A program made the translations under genes and the position numbers. 64,000 bases of DNA, from positions 434,586-498,585 of the forward strand of contig CAWIAB010000004.1 of NCBI GenBank assembly GCA_963833975.1, read 5' to 3'. Shown one piece after another: positions 40,248-51,654 of the stretch. The stretch comes from an uncultured Actinomycetota bacterium (GTDB lineage: Bacteria > Actinomycetota > Actinomycetes > Propionibacteriales > Nocardioidaceae). The notes under the pieces were generated by a model that did no database searches, had not been told where the DNA came from, and saw nothing but the letters and a program-made list of their open reading frames with translations. Position 1 is the stretch's first letter; each line of letters starts with the position of its first letter.

Positions 40248-42251
40248 CCGGGGCAGGGAGTGGAAGAGGCGGATGATGTTGGTGATCTGGGCGATGATCG
40301 CGGTCAGCCCGAAGTCCTTGGGGGTGAAGACCGCAGCGACGCCCGACGCGATGAGCTGGGCAGCGTCCGCGGCCGGCACGATCCCACCCACCACGACCGG
40401 GATCTCGCCCGCGCCGGCCTCCCGCAGACCTCTCACGATCGCCGGCACCAGCTCCAGATGTGAGCCCGAGAGGATCGAGATCCCGACGCAGTGCACATCC
40501 TCTGCGACTGCGGCCGCCACGATCTCCTCCGGGGTCAACCGGATCCCTTGGTAGATGACCTCGAAGCCGGCGTCTCTGGCCCGGACCGCGACCTGCTCTG
40601 CCCCATTGCTGTGACCGTCCAGCCCGGGCTTGGCGACGAGCAACCGCAGCCGACCCCCGAGCTGTTCACCGGTCTCGCGCACCAGGCTCCTGAGCGCCGT
40701 CAGCTCGGCTCCCGCACCCGGCGCAGTGACGACACCACCTACCCCGGTCGGTGCGCGGTACTCGCCGAACACCTCGCGCAGCACACCCGCCCACTCCCCC
40801 GTCGTCGCCCCGGCTCGGGCGGCCGCGATGGTGGCGGGCATCAGGTTCTCCGCGGTCTTTGCCTGTTCGCGAAGCCGGTCGAGCGCCGTTGCGACGGCCA
40901 CGGCGTTCCGCTCGGCGCGCCAGCGGCCGAGGGAATCCAATGCGGCGCGCTCAGCCTCCGGGTCGGACGCCTGGATCGCGGCGTCGAGGTCCACCGTCAA
41001 CGGCGAGACCTCGCTCTCCACGAACGCGTTGACACCGACCACGATGTCCTCTCCGGACTCGATGCGCGCCAGACGGAGTGCGTGTGATGCCACGAGCGCC
41101 TGCTTGAGGTAGCCGGACTCGACCGCCGCGACCGCTCCGCCCATCGCCTGGATCCGGTCCATCTCGGCGGTGATGGCCTGCACCAGCTCGGCGACCTTCG
41201 CCTCGACCACGCGTGACCCGTCGAAGAGATCGTCGTACTCGAGCAGGTCGGACTCGAAGGCCAGCACCTGCTGAAGGCGCAGGGACCATTGCTGGTCCCA
41301 GGGGCGGGGCAGTCCGAGGGCCTCGTTCCAGGCCGGGAGCTGCACGGCTCGGGCGCGGGCCTCTTTCGACAGGGTCACGCCGAGCATCTCGAGGACGATG
41401 CGCTGGACGTTGTTCTCCGGCTGAGCCTCCGTGAGACCCAGGGAGTTCACCTGCACGCCGTAGCGGAACCGGCGTTGCTTCGTATCCTCGATGCCGTAAC
41501 GCTCACGGGTGAGGCTGTCCCACAGCACCGCGAACGCGCGCATCTTGCACATCTCTTCGACGAAACGCACCCCTGCGTTGACGAAGAACGACATCCGCCC
41601 GACCACCTCGCCGAACCGCGCGGTCGGCACCTGCCCCGAGTCGCGAACGGCATCCAGGACGGCGATCGCCGTGCACAACGCGAAGGCCACCTCCTGGACC
41701 GGCGTCGCGCCAGCCTCCTGTAGGTGGTAGCTACAGACGTTGATGGGGTTCCACTGCGGCATCTCCGCCACGGTGTAGGTGATCAGATCCGTCGTCAGCC
41801 GAAGTGACGCCTCCGGGGGGAATACATACGTCCCCCGCGAGAGGTACTCCTTGATGATGTCGTTCTGGGTCGTCCCGGTCAGCAGCCGCGGGTCGGCGCC
41901 CTGCTCCTGCGCCACGATCTGGTAGAGCGCCAGCAGCCACATCGCGGTGGCGTTGATCGTCATGGACGTGTTCGTCTCGGCGAGCGGGATCGAGTCGAAG
42001 AGCCGGCGCATCTCCCCGAGGTGCGGTATCGGCACACCGACCCTGCCTACCTCGCCGCGAGCCAGTGGCGAGTCGGGGTCGTAGCCGGTCTGTGTCGGCA
42101 GGTCGAATGCGACCGAGAGACCGGTCTGACCCTTTGCGAGGTTGCCCCGGTACAGCGTGTTCGAGCCTTGCGCGGAGCTGTGGCCGGCGTAGGTGCGCAT
42201 CACCCACGGCTGGTCACGCTGTGCCGCTTTCGGCTGCGGTTCCGCGGTCAT
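40176..42251 (-). CDS. ecm: ethylmalonyl-CoA mutase-type (MeaA/Ecm) B12-dependent acyl-CoA mutase, fused catalytic and B12-binding domains
   Basis: Intact 691-aa ORF. PWVMRTYAGHSSAQGSNTLYRGNLAKGQTGLSVAFDLPTQTGYDPDSPLARGEVGRVGVP...NTSMTINATAMWLLALY closely matches MeaA as I recall it. The C-terminal DxHxxG B12 motif (GLDGHSNG) is present. The last roughly 24 codons and the stop are encoded by the repeat array. Confidence 0.85.
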   Translation of the reverse strand: MTAEPQPKAAQRDQPWVMRTYAGHSSAQGSNTLYRGNLAKGQTGLSVAFDLPTQTGYDPDSPLARGEVGRVGVPIPHLGEMRRLFDSIPLAETNTSMTINATAMWLLALYQIVAQEQGADPRLLTGTTQNDIIKEYLSRGTYVFPPEASLRLTTDLITYTVAEMPQWNPINVCSYHLQEAGATPVQEVAFALCTAIAVLDAVRDSGQVPTARFGEVVGRMSFFVNAGVRFVEEMCKMRAFAVLWDSLTRERYGIEDTKQRRFRYGVQVNSLGLTEAQPENNVQRIVLEMLGVTLSKEARARAVQLPAWNEALGLPRPWDQQWSLRLQQVLAFESDLLEYDDLFDGSRVVEAKVAELVQAITAEMDRIQAMGGAVAAVESGYLKQALVASHALRLARIESGEDIVVGVNAFVESEVSPLTVDLDAAIQASDPEAERAALDSLGRWRAERNAVAVATALDRLREQAKTAENLMPATIAAARAGATTGEWAGVLREVFGEYRAPTGVGGVVTAPGAGAELTALRSLVRETGEQLGGRLRLLVAKPGLDGHSNGAEQVAVRARDAGFEVIYQGIRLTPEEIVAAAVAEDVHCVGISILSGSHLELVPAIVRGLREAGAGEIPVVVGGIVPAADAAQLIASGVAAVFTPKDFGLTAIIAQITNIIRLFHSLPRIELPVRLRLRCHSGPVEMSFRFG

Positions 42252-42329
42252 ACCCGGACTGTACGGCGTGATCAGGCGTGGCCGACGACGATGTCGACGG
42301 GATCACACCCGCTGAATCGTTCCCTGGTC

Positions 42330-42647
42330 TCAGGCGGAGAGACTGACGTGACCTCGGTCGAGGTGCAGGATCCGGTTGAGCCGGGTGACGGCCAGGACGC
42401 GTCGAATCTCGCGCGGGCAGTTGAGCAGCACCAGTCGATGACCGGCTCGTTCGCAGCGTAGGTGGACGGCCGTGAGCATGCCCAGACCGGCAGCGTCGAT
42501 CGACTCCAGATTGGCCATGTCGAGCACGACATCGCCGGCGCCGTCCTCGATGACCGAGTACAACGTCGCACGCGCGCTACCAACCGTGCGCACGTCGAGA
42601 TGCGCTCCGAGCTTGACCATGTTGCTGGTCGTGGAGCTGACCACCAT
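42330..42647 (-). CDS. STAS-domain anti-sigma-factor antagonist
   Basis: ATG at 42647 follows GGGGAGG (within ORF 42330..42737): MVVSSTTSNMVKLGAHLDVRTVGSARATLYSVIEDGAGDVVLDMANLESIDAAGLGMLT. Confidence 0.75.
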   Translation of the reverse strand: MVVSSTTSNMVKLGAHLDVRTVGSARATLYSVIEDGAGDVVLDMANLESIDAAGLGMLTAVHLRCERAGHRLVLLNCPREIRRVLAVTRLNRILHLDRGHVSLSA

Positions 42648-43074
42648 GTCGCCTCCCCGCCGAAGGTTTTTCTGTGCGCTATGTCCATGAGACGCACGGT
42701 CGACGCCAAAGGTTGCCGTCGACAGCCAGTTCGTCACCGAATCGTTGTCATTCGTCTCACCATGATGAGGATCAGGCTAGGTCTCAGATACAGCGCAGAG
42801 GCGGACATGACGGCACGACGGCGTGTCGTACGTCACACAAGACTCCGCTTCACGAGGCCAAGCGATCCCATCGACAGCCGGGCAAAGGATGAATTTCGGC
42901 TAGGCTCGGCGACTGAGACCGTTCCTCACTGCCGCCATCCGCACGGGACGAAGGATGGCCCTGCGTCTGCCCACACTGTCGCTCGCATACCGATCCGACT
43001 TATATTCACTCCATCCGACAAGCGCAAGCGACCTCAGGGCATGTCAAAACAAACCATTGAAGGGGTAACCGTCA

Positions 43075-44229
43075 ATGTGGAATCACCTGAAGAACGTCGT
43101 GCGGGGATCGGCGTTGCTCCTTGCTGGGCTGACGCTGACGGCTGGGCCCGGAGCCGCCTCGACGGAAGCTCACGCTTCGGAGGTCTCCACTATTCCTGGG
43201 TCCCTCGAGGGTGTCACCGCTGTCTCGGCCACCGACGTGTGGGCCGTCGGCTATCACGACGACACGAAGGCCCTGATCGAGCACAACGATGGGACAGGCT
43301 GGACTCGCGTGCCCAGTGCCCATCCGCAGGCCGCGAACAGATTGAGTGGCGTGGCGGCGGTTGCGGCCACGGACATCTGGGCGGTCGGCTGGTCCGGTAT
43401 CGCAAGCAGCCATTGGCGCACCTTGATCGAACACTGGAACGGGACCACCTGGTCACGGGTGCGGAGTGCCACCCCGGAGTCAGCTACTCAGGCGAGGCTG
43501 ACCGGGGTAAGCGCGACGTCCGCTAGTGACGCCTGGGCAGTTGGCTACTACTTCACCGAAGGGTTCAGGGTTAAGACGATCATCGAGCACTGGGACGGTG
43601 CCGCGTGGGACATTCTCAGAAGTCCGAATCCGGGCAAAGACAACTATCTTAACTCGGTGTACGCCTTCTCTCCGACCGACGTGTGGGCCGTGGGAAGTCA
43701 GTATCGTCAGGGATACCACACGTTCACAACGCATTGGGACGGCACAAACTGGAGCGTCGTCCCCAGCCCTGACAAGCGCTCCCAGAACTCCCTCGCAGGA
43801 GTGAGTGGGACCTCCAGTTCCGATGTATGGGCGGTGGGTTCCGCCAGTGGCGGGGAGGCGCTCAACGGTAAAGCCATGGCCGAAGACTCGGCTTTGGCCG
43901 GACGACCCGCCCAGACCCTCATAGAGCATTGGGATGGCAGCGCGTGGTCCCTCGTACCTAGCCCGAACCCGGGCGACTCCGACCGCGCACTCGCAAGCGT
44001 GAGCGCGGGTTCGGTCTCGGAGGCCTGGGCCGTTGGACACTACGCCGGGGGGCGTCACGTGTGTCTGCACTGGGATGGGTCCGCCTGGAAGCAGACGAAG
44101 TCTCCATTGCCACCCGATGGGTTCGACCAGCTGCAGGGTGTGACTACCCTGTCCCCGACCAATGCCTGGGCGGTCGGCAGCTCGGGACAAACACAGCATT
44201 GGGATGGGACCGGCTGGACGTCGCCGTAG
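43075..44229 (+). CDS. secreted beta-propeller-like repeat protein
   Basis: ATG at 43075 follows GAAGGGG; a signal peptide is present. Seven or eight repeats of the type DVWAVG...LIEHWDGTxWSxVPSP. G+C is visibly lower than in neighbouring genes. Confidence 0.7.
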   Translation: MWNHLKNVVRGSALLLAGLTLTAGPGAASTEAHASEVSTIPGSLEGVTAVSATDVWAVGYHDDTKALIEHNDGTGWTRVPSAHPQAANRLSGVAAVAATDIWAVGWSGIASSHWRTLIEHWNGTTWSRVRSATPESATQARLTGVSATSASDAWAVGYYFTEGFRVKTIIEHWDGAAWDILRSPNPGKDNYLNSVYAFSPTDVWAVGSQYRQGYHTFTTHWDGTNWSVVPSPDKRSQNSLAGVSGTSSSDVWAVGSASGGEALNGKAMAEDSALAGRPAQTLIEHWDGSAWSLVPSPNPGDSDRALASVSAGSVSEAWAVGHYAGGRHVCLHWDGSAWKQTKSPLPPDGFDQLQGVTTLSPTNAWAVGSSGQTQHWDGTGWTSP

Positions 44230-44340
44230 ACCCACGACCACCTGCTGCATGCGCCTGCCCTAGGCGGGTCGGTGAGCACGACCTTGGGGACGCGGTCGCC
44301 ATCGCCGAGTGCCGCCTGCGAGTGACAGGTCGACCATCGA

Positions 44341-45096
44341 TCAGCGAGGGGCCATCCGGAGGGCGCCGTCCATGCGGATGACCTCGCCGTTGAGATAGTC
44401 GTGCTCCACCAGGGTGGTGACGAGGGATGCGTACTCGTCCGGCCTGCCCAGCCGCTTGGGGAAAGGCACCCCGGCCGCGAGGGTCGCCCGGAACTCCTCG
44501 TTGACCCCGGCGAGCATCGGGGTGTCGATGATCCCTGGGGCGATCGTGCAGACCCGGATGCCGAACGTCGCCAGGTCGCGGGCTGCCGACAGCGTCATGC
44601 CGACGACGCCACCCTTCGATGCGGCGTACGCCACCTGACCGACCTGACCGTCGTACGCCGCGATCGACGCCGTGTTGACGATGACGCCCCGTTGGCCGGC
44701 GTCGTCCGCGGAAGTCTGCACCATGACCTCGGCACCGAGTCGCAGCACGTTGAACGTGCCGACCAGGTTGATATCGACGACCTTGCGGAACAAGGCGAGG
44801 TCGTGCGGCCCTGACTTGGAGAGGACCCGACTGGCCGGCCCGATCCCCGCGCAGCTGACCACGATGCGCAAGGGCAGGTCCGCGCCGGCGCGGGCGACGG
44901 CCTCGCGGACCTGGTCCTCGTCCGTGACATCGGCGGCAAGCAACGTCACGCCTTCGACCGGCTTGGCTCCCTCGATCGCTCCTGGCAGGTCGAGGCCGAA
45001 CACCACGGCGCCCTTGGCAGCGAGGGCAGCCGCCGTCGCGCCTCCGAGACCAGAGGCGCCCCCAGTGACGACGGCTGCACACTCGCTGATTCGCAT
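44341..45096 (-). CDS. SDR, 3-hydroxyacyl-CoA dehydrogenase type-2-like
   Basis: Intact 251-aa ORF: AVVTGGASGLG...NTASIAAYDGQVGQVAYAASKGGVVGMTL...IAPGIIDTPM. Confidence 0.8.
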   Translation of the reverse strand: MRISECAAVVTGGASGLGGATAAALAAKGAVVFGLDLPGAIEGAKPVEGVTLLAADVTDEDQVREAVARAGADLPLRIVVSCAGIGPASRVLSKSGPHDLALFRKVVDINLVGTFNVLRLGAEVMVQTSADDAGQRGVIVNTASIAAYDGQVGQVAYAASKGGVVGMTLSAARDLATFGIRVCTIAPGIIDTPMLAGVNEEFRATLAAGVPFPKRLGRPDEYASLVTTLVEHDYLNGEVIRMDGALRMAPR

Positions 45097-45126
45097 GACG
45101 GGCAGACTAGCGGGCCGCCCGAGAGC

Positions 45127-46083
45127 TCAGCCGGTGGCCTTCCAATGCGAGAACGGCTTGATCATCTGGTAGCTGAAGCTGTCGCAGTGGAAGTCCCCGG
45201 CAGGATGGTCGTAGGCCTGGCCGGCGTTCGTCGGGTCCGCCGGTACCAAGGCCCCGCCGACGCCGACCATGATGCCCTTGGCCGCGATGCGCTTGCCCTC
45301 CAGGTCGGCGCACGCGTAGCTCTGGCCGTCACCGTCCAGCTCGGAGTACAGCTCATAGACGTCCCAGCCTTGGACACCGGACAGCTGCGAGGTGCCGCTC
45401 TGCGAGAAGAACTGCTCCCACTTGTCGGACTTGTAGTTGTACAGGTACGAGGTCCACGTATTGGGCGACGCCTTCGTCTGCACGATCTGCGTGGAGTAGC
45501 TGTGGTGTTTCGTGTACGTCGCCATGAAGCTCTTGTCGATGGTGACCTGGGCCACGAAGGTGATCGCCTGGCACCAGTCCCACGCCGCCACGACCTGCGA
45601 GTCGGAGAAGTACGCCGTACTCATCTCGATGCAGGAGCCGGGCGTGCTGCCACCCGACGGGTACATCGTGGGCGTGTAGAGCGTGGTGCCTCCGTTGGCC
45701 GGCTTGATCTTCGTGGAGACACTCTGGGTCGCCTGGGAGCCGACGGTGTTTGCGTTGAACGAGGTCCCGTCGCTCGGATGAATCGTGTCGATCGACTGTC
45801 CGGTCTTCGAGGTAGCACCCGAGATCAGACCTCGGTGCAGGACACGGAAGGCGTGGACCGACTGCGGGTTGTTGACCGAGATGTTCGGGCCGTACTGCAC
45901 GCCGGCTACGTGACCGGCGTGCTGTGCGTCGGGGGCGGGGATGGCCGAGCCGGACGTCGTCGCATGGACAGCGGCACCACCCACAGGTGGCGATGCGTTG
46001 GAGGCGACGGTGCCGGCGATGGTGAGGGAGACGGCGGCGAGGAGGGCCCCGGCGCCGAGGGCGAATGTGCGGTTGGTTGGCAT
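45127..46083 (-). CDS. secreted hypothetical protein (318 aa)
   Basis: Intact ORF with a signal peptide (MPTNRTFALGAGALLAAVSLTIAGTVASNA), Ser/Thr/Tyr-rich, with lower G+C. I can assign no family. Confidence 0.6.
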   Translation of the reverse strand: MPTNRTFALGAGALLAAVSLTIAGTVASNASPPVGGAAVHATTSGSAIPAPDAQHAGHVAGVQYGPNISVNNPQSVHAFRVLHRGLISGATSKTGQSIDTIHPSDGTSFNANTVGSQATQSVSTKIKPANGGTTLYTPTMYPSGGSTPGSCIEMSTAYFSDSQVVAAWDWCQAITFVAQVTIDKSFMATYTKHHSYSTQIVQTKASPNTWTSYLYNYKSDKWEQFFSQSGTSQLSGVQGWDVYELYSELDGDGQSYACADLEGKRIAAKGIMVGVGGALVPADPTNAGQAYDHPAGDFHCDSFSYQMIKPFSHWKATG

Positions 46084-46096
46084 GACGGCTGTTATA
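46084..46096 (-). promoter_or_regulatory. candidate leaderless promoter (-10 TATAAC ending 7 nt before the ATG)
   Basis: Sense strand cgaTATAACagccgtcATG with no SD. The geometry fits actinobacterial leaderless transcripts. Confidence 0.3.
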
Positions 46097-46153
46097 TCGT
46101 GCCAACCCGACGGCTGGGAGGCGGCCGGCTGTACCGACTTCGGTCCGGTCGGG

Positions 46154-46735
46154 TCAGCGCTCGCCGCCCGGCTTCCAGAGCACGTCGCCCTGGTCCCGGT
46201 TGGCGTGTCTGGCGAGGATGAACAGCAGGTCGCTGAGCCGGTTGAGGTACTTCAGCGCCAGCACGTTCATGGTGTCGCCATGCTCGGCGTACGCCGCCCA
46301 ACCGGCCCGCTCCGCACGACGTACGACGGTCCGGGCGACGTGCAGCAGCGCCGCGCCTGGCGTGCCACCGGGCAGGATGAAGGAACGCAGCGGCTCCAAC
46401 GGCTCGTTGAACTCGTCGCACCAGCCCTCCAGCCGGTCGACGTAGTCGGGCTCGACCCGAAGGGGCGGATACGCCGGATTCGCCACGATCGGGCAGGACA
46501 GGTCTGCTCCGACATCGAACAGGTCGTTCTGCACATGGACCAGCGCCGTGACAACGTCCGGCTCTAGGTCGCCGACCGCGATCGCGTAACCGATCTGGGA
46601 GTTCGCCTCGTCGCAGTAGGCGTAGGTCTCGAGTCGCAGGTCGGTCTTGCTGACCTCGCTCATGTCCCCGAGCCGGGTGGTGCCGGCGTCACCGGTCCGG
46701 GTGTAGATCTTCGAAAGGATGACCATGTCGGCCAT
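46154..46735 (-). CDS. PduO-type ATP:cob(I)alamin adenosyltransferase
   Basis: Intact ORF: (MAD)MVILSKIYTRTGDAGTTRLGD...FILPGGTPGAALLHVARTVVRRAER. The second ATG at 46726, 9 nt after AGGA, may be the true start. Confidence 0.85.
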   Translation of the reverse strand: MADMVILSKIYTRTGDAGTTRLGDMSEVSKTDLRLETYAYCDEANSQIGYAIAVGDLEPDVVTALVHVQNDLFDVGADLSCPIVANPAYPPLRVEPDYVDRLEGWCDEFNEPLEPLRSFILPGGTPGAALLHVARTVVRRAERAGWAAYAEHGDTMNVLALKYLNRLSDLLFILARHANRDQGDVLWKPGGER

Positions 46736-46743
46736 CCTAGGCG
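46730..46743. repeat. 14-bp direct repeat GGCCATCCTAGGCG (left copy), flanks the RCC1 gene
   Basis: Identical to 47990..48003. The sense-strand form CGCCTAGGATGGCC contains the SD and first ATG of the adenosyltransferase gene. Confidence 0.8.
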
Positions 46744-46747
46744 TGGC

Positions 46748-47956
46748 TCAGGGAGCCTCGACCTGCTCGGGCAGCAGGACCTGCCGCTCATGGGTTCCGG
46801 AGCCCACCTGACCGTACTTGTTGTAGCCCCAGCACCAGAGCGTCTGGTCCGCGCCGAGACCACAGGTGTGGACGTTGCGCACCACGACCTGAGAGGCCCA
46901 GTGGCGGGCTCCGCCGAGCACCCGCGTCGGGAGGGCCTGCGAATGCCGGTTGCCGTTTCCGAGCTCACCCTTGAAGTTCTCACCCCAGCACCAGGCGCTG
47001 CCGTTCGCCCTGGTGCCGCACGTCGTCGCCGAGCCTGCGGTGACCGACCTCCAACCGCGACTGCCGCCGACCTGCACCGGCGTGAGCCGCTCGACGGTGG
47101 TGCCGTCGCCCAGCTGACCGCGCGCGTTCAGGCCCCAGCACCAGAGGGTGCCGTCGGTCTTGCTGGCGCAGGTGTAGCCGCTACCGGCGGACTCCGCGAC
47201 CCAGTCGGAGTCACTGCCGATCCGCTCCGGCTCGAGTGCCGTCTCGGTCGTCCCGTTGCCGAGGTCGCCCGACCCCCAGCACCAGAGGCTGCCGTCCGCC
47301 TGAGTGCCGCAGGAGCGAGCGTTGCCGGCGCTGATCGAGGTCCAGTCGGACGTGCTGCCCACCTGGGTCGGGGTGCGCCGGTCATCCTGGGTGCCGTCCC
47401 CCACCTGCCCGGCCGCGTTCTCGCCCCAGCACCACGCGGTGCCGTCGGTGTGCAGCCCGCACGTGTGGGAGTCGGTCTCATACCCCGTACCACCGTTGCT
47501 GCCGCTCACCGACGCCCAGTCCGTCGCGGTCCCGATCCGCTCCGGCGTCCGGGCGATGGCGGTCTGCCCGTCGCCGAGCTGGCCGTGGTCGCCGCGACCC
47601 CAGCACCAGAGCGTGCCGCCTGTGGGTATGGCACAGCCGGAGTTGTGCCCGGCCATGACGAACACCCAGTCAGTGCGCGTTCCGACCTGCACAGGTTGAA
47701 ACTGCCACGACTTGTCCCTGCCGGTGCCGAGCTCCCCGGACTTGTTCGGACCCCAGCACCACAGCGTGCCGGTCTGCTGGATGCCACACGAGTGCCAGGT
47801 ACCCACCGCGACCGAGGCCCAGGCGCCGGCCTTCGGCGATGCAACTTCGGCCCGCCCTTGATCCCCCTGGGCGGACTGGGCCCAGGACAAGGTCGCCGAG
47901 AAGAGAGCGGTGGCGGCAAGGGTGCTGATCAGGACGACGCGAGAACGCTTACGCAT
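46748..47956 (-). CDS. secreted RCC1-repeat (beta-propeller) protein
   Basis: ATG at 47956 follows GGGGAGAG (within ORF 46748..48013). Signal peptide MRKRSRVVLISTLAATALFSATLSWAQSAQG. Seven RCC1-type repeats (HSCGxxxxGTLWCWGxNxxGELGTG). Confidence 0.85.
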   Translation of the reverse strand: MRKRSRVVLISTLAATALFSATLSWAQSAQGDQGRAEVASPKAGAWASVAVGTWHSCGIQQTGTLWCWGPNKSGELGTGRDKSWQFQPVQVGTRTDWVFVMAGHNSGCAIPTGGTLWCWGRGDHGQLGDGQTAIARTPERIGTATDWASVSGSNGGTGYETDSHTCGLHTDGTAWCWGENAAGQVGDGTQDDRRTPTQVGSTSDWTSISAGNARSCGTQADGSLWCWGSGDLGNGTTETALEPERIGSDSDWVAESAGSGYTCASKTDGTLWCWGLNARGQLGDGTTVERLTPVQVGGSRGWRSVTAGSATTCGTRANGSAWCWGENFKGELGNGNRHSQALPTRVLGGARHWASQVVVRNVHTCGLGADQTLWCWGYNKYGQVGSGTHERQVLLPEQVEAP

Positions 47957-47989
47957 GGACTCTCCCCGAGTGGTTGCGTGACGGAACGT

Positions 47990-48003
47990 GGCCATCCTAG
48001 GCG
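47990..48003. repeat. 14-bp direct repeat GGCCATCCTAGGCG (right copy)
   Basis: Identical to 46730..46743, 1260 bp away. Confidence 0.8.
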
Positions 48004-48026
48004 CCTGGGCCATGCATGTGTCTTGG

Positions 48027-48365
48027 TCAGGCGAAGGCGTCGGTCGACTCGTCGAGGTAGTAGTCGAAAGCCAGCCGTTGGCACTCGTGGGCGTCCAGCC
48101 AGTGCACCAGGACCTGGTGCGCCGGATGTCCCACGTAGGTGGCGAGCGAGTCGGTGTCCCGGAACTCCGTGAACAGGAGGTAGTGGTAACCCTGGGTCCG
48201 GGACCCGTTCAGATCGGACCCGAACCGGCACGCCAGCAGCTCGTCGATCTCGTCCGGGAGGGACAGCACGATCCCGCGGAGCTCCGCGTCCTCAGCTGCG
48301 CCGAGCTCGCTCGGAAACTTCATCAGTACGACATGTTGCAGGCGTGAGGTGCCAGACTCGGTCAT
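48027..48365 (-). CDS. Dabb (stress-responsive alpha/beta barrel) family protein
   Basis: ATG at 48365 follows GGGAGG (within ORF 48027..48623): LQHVVLMKFPSELGAAEDAELRG...YHYLLFTEFRDTDSLATYVGHPAHQ. Confidence 0.7.
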   Translation of the reverse strand: MTESGTSRLQHVVLMKFPSELGAAEDAELRGIVLSLPDEIDELLACRFGSDLNGSRTQGYHYLLFTEFRDTDSLATYVGHPAHQVLVHWLDAHECQRLAFDYYLDESTDAFA

Positions 48366-48379
48366 AGGGCCTCCCTGGG

Positions 48380-48838
48380 TCAGTTCAGCAGTCGGTCGTG
48401 ACCGGGCGGGGCCGCCTCGGTCCAAGCCAGGAACGCGGTGAGTGCCCGCTCGCTCATCGCCAGCTCGATCGACGAGCCGGAGTCCAACCGGACCCCGACG
48501 ACGACATGCCCCGCGTAGAGCGAGAACGCCTCGGCTCCGTGTGGCTTGCGCTGGGTGAGGACCTCCAGGGACCGGTCGAATACGGCCTTCGGGCGGGGCG
48601 AGAACGAGAACACCCGGAACCACTCGAGGTTCTCACCGTCGTACCTGCCGAGGCCGAGCTCCCAGCCGCGGGCTCCCGTGGGCGACGGCTTGGCCGGTGC
48701 CCTCATCCGCACGCTGCACTCGAACGTGCCACCCTGCCGGCTCAGCACCCGGCGGCGTACGAAGAGGAACACGAAGACGCCGATCGCGATGACCGCGAGC
48801 AGGCCGACGACATCGAGGATGTCTGCCCACCACGGCAT
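48380..48838 (-). CDS. DUF2550 membrane protein
   Basis: Intact 152-aa ORF with an N-terminal TM and the conserved position directly after atpC. GGTFECSVR...WELGLGRYDGENLEWFRVFS. Confidence 0.75.
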   Translation of the reverse strand: MPWWADILDVVGLLAVIAIGVFVFLFVRRRVLSRQGGTFECSVRMRAPAKPSPTGARGWELGLGRYDGENLEWFRVFSFSPRPKAVFDRSLEVLTQRKPHGAEAFSLYAGHVVVGVRLDSGSSIELAMSERALTAFLAWTEAAPPGHDRLLN

Positions 48839-48883
48839 CGGTCACTCCTCTCGGGCCGGCCATCGCGAGCCGTCTGCTGTCGG

Positions 48884-49275
48884 CTAGGAGGCCCTCTCGA
48901 CGGCGTCGATACGGGCCTCCGCCGCGGCGATCGCATGCTTCGATCGGGCGCTGTCGTCGCGTTCCTGCTGGGCTTGCTCGAGATCACGCCTGGCTTGGGC
49001 GATGTCGATGTCGTCGGCCAGCTCGGCTCGCTCCGCGAGGATCGAGATCCGGTTGTGGGCCACGGAGATGAAGCCGCCGTCGACCGCCGCGATCATCGCA
49101 GCGCCGTCCTCGGGACGAATCTCCACCGCGCCAGGTGCGAGCACGCCCAGAAGTGGCGCGTGGTTCGCCAGGATGCCGACCTCCCCCTCGAGGGTCCTGG
49201 CGATGACCATCGTCGCCTCGCCGGACCAGACGATCCGGTCGGCAGCGACGAGCTCCAGCTGGAACGTGGCCGCCA

Positions 49276-49276
<1 letters not shown>
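48884..49276 (-). CDS. atpC: F0F1 ATP synthase subunit epsilon
   Basis: Intact 130-aa ORF: LELVAADRIVWSGEATMVIARTLEGEVGILANHAPLL. The start overlaps the atpD stop. Confidence 0.9.
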
Positions 49277-51653
<2,377 letters not shown>

Positions 51654-51654
51654 G

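Noticed and set aside
42648-43074. Riboswitch or sRNA in the long leader of the propeller-protein gene
   Set aside because: I could not recognise any known riboswitch core (no B12 box, SAM, TPP or glycine motifs) by eye. It is left as an unexplained non-coding gap that needs a covariance-model scan.
45093-46088. 9-bp direct repeat GCATGACGG flanking the 318-aa secreted-protein gene (45093..45101 and 46080..46088)
   Set aside because: It is short, and both copies are dominated by a start codon context (CCGTCATGC). This is suggestive alongside the 14-bp RCC1 duplication but not strong enough to stand alone.
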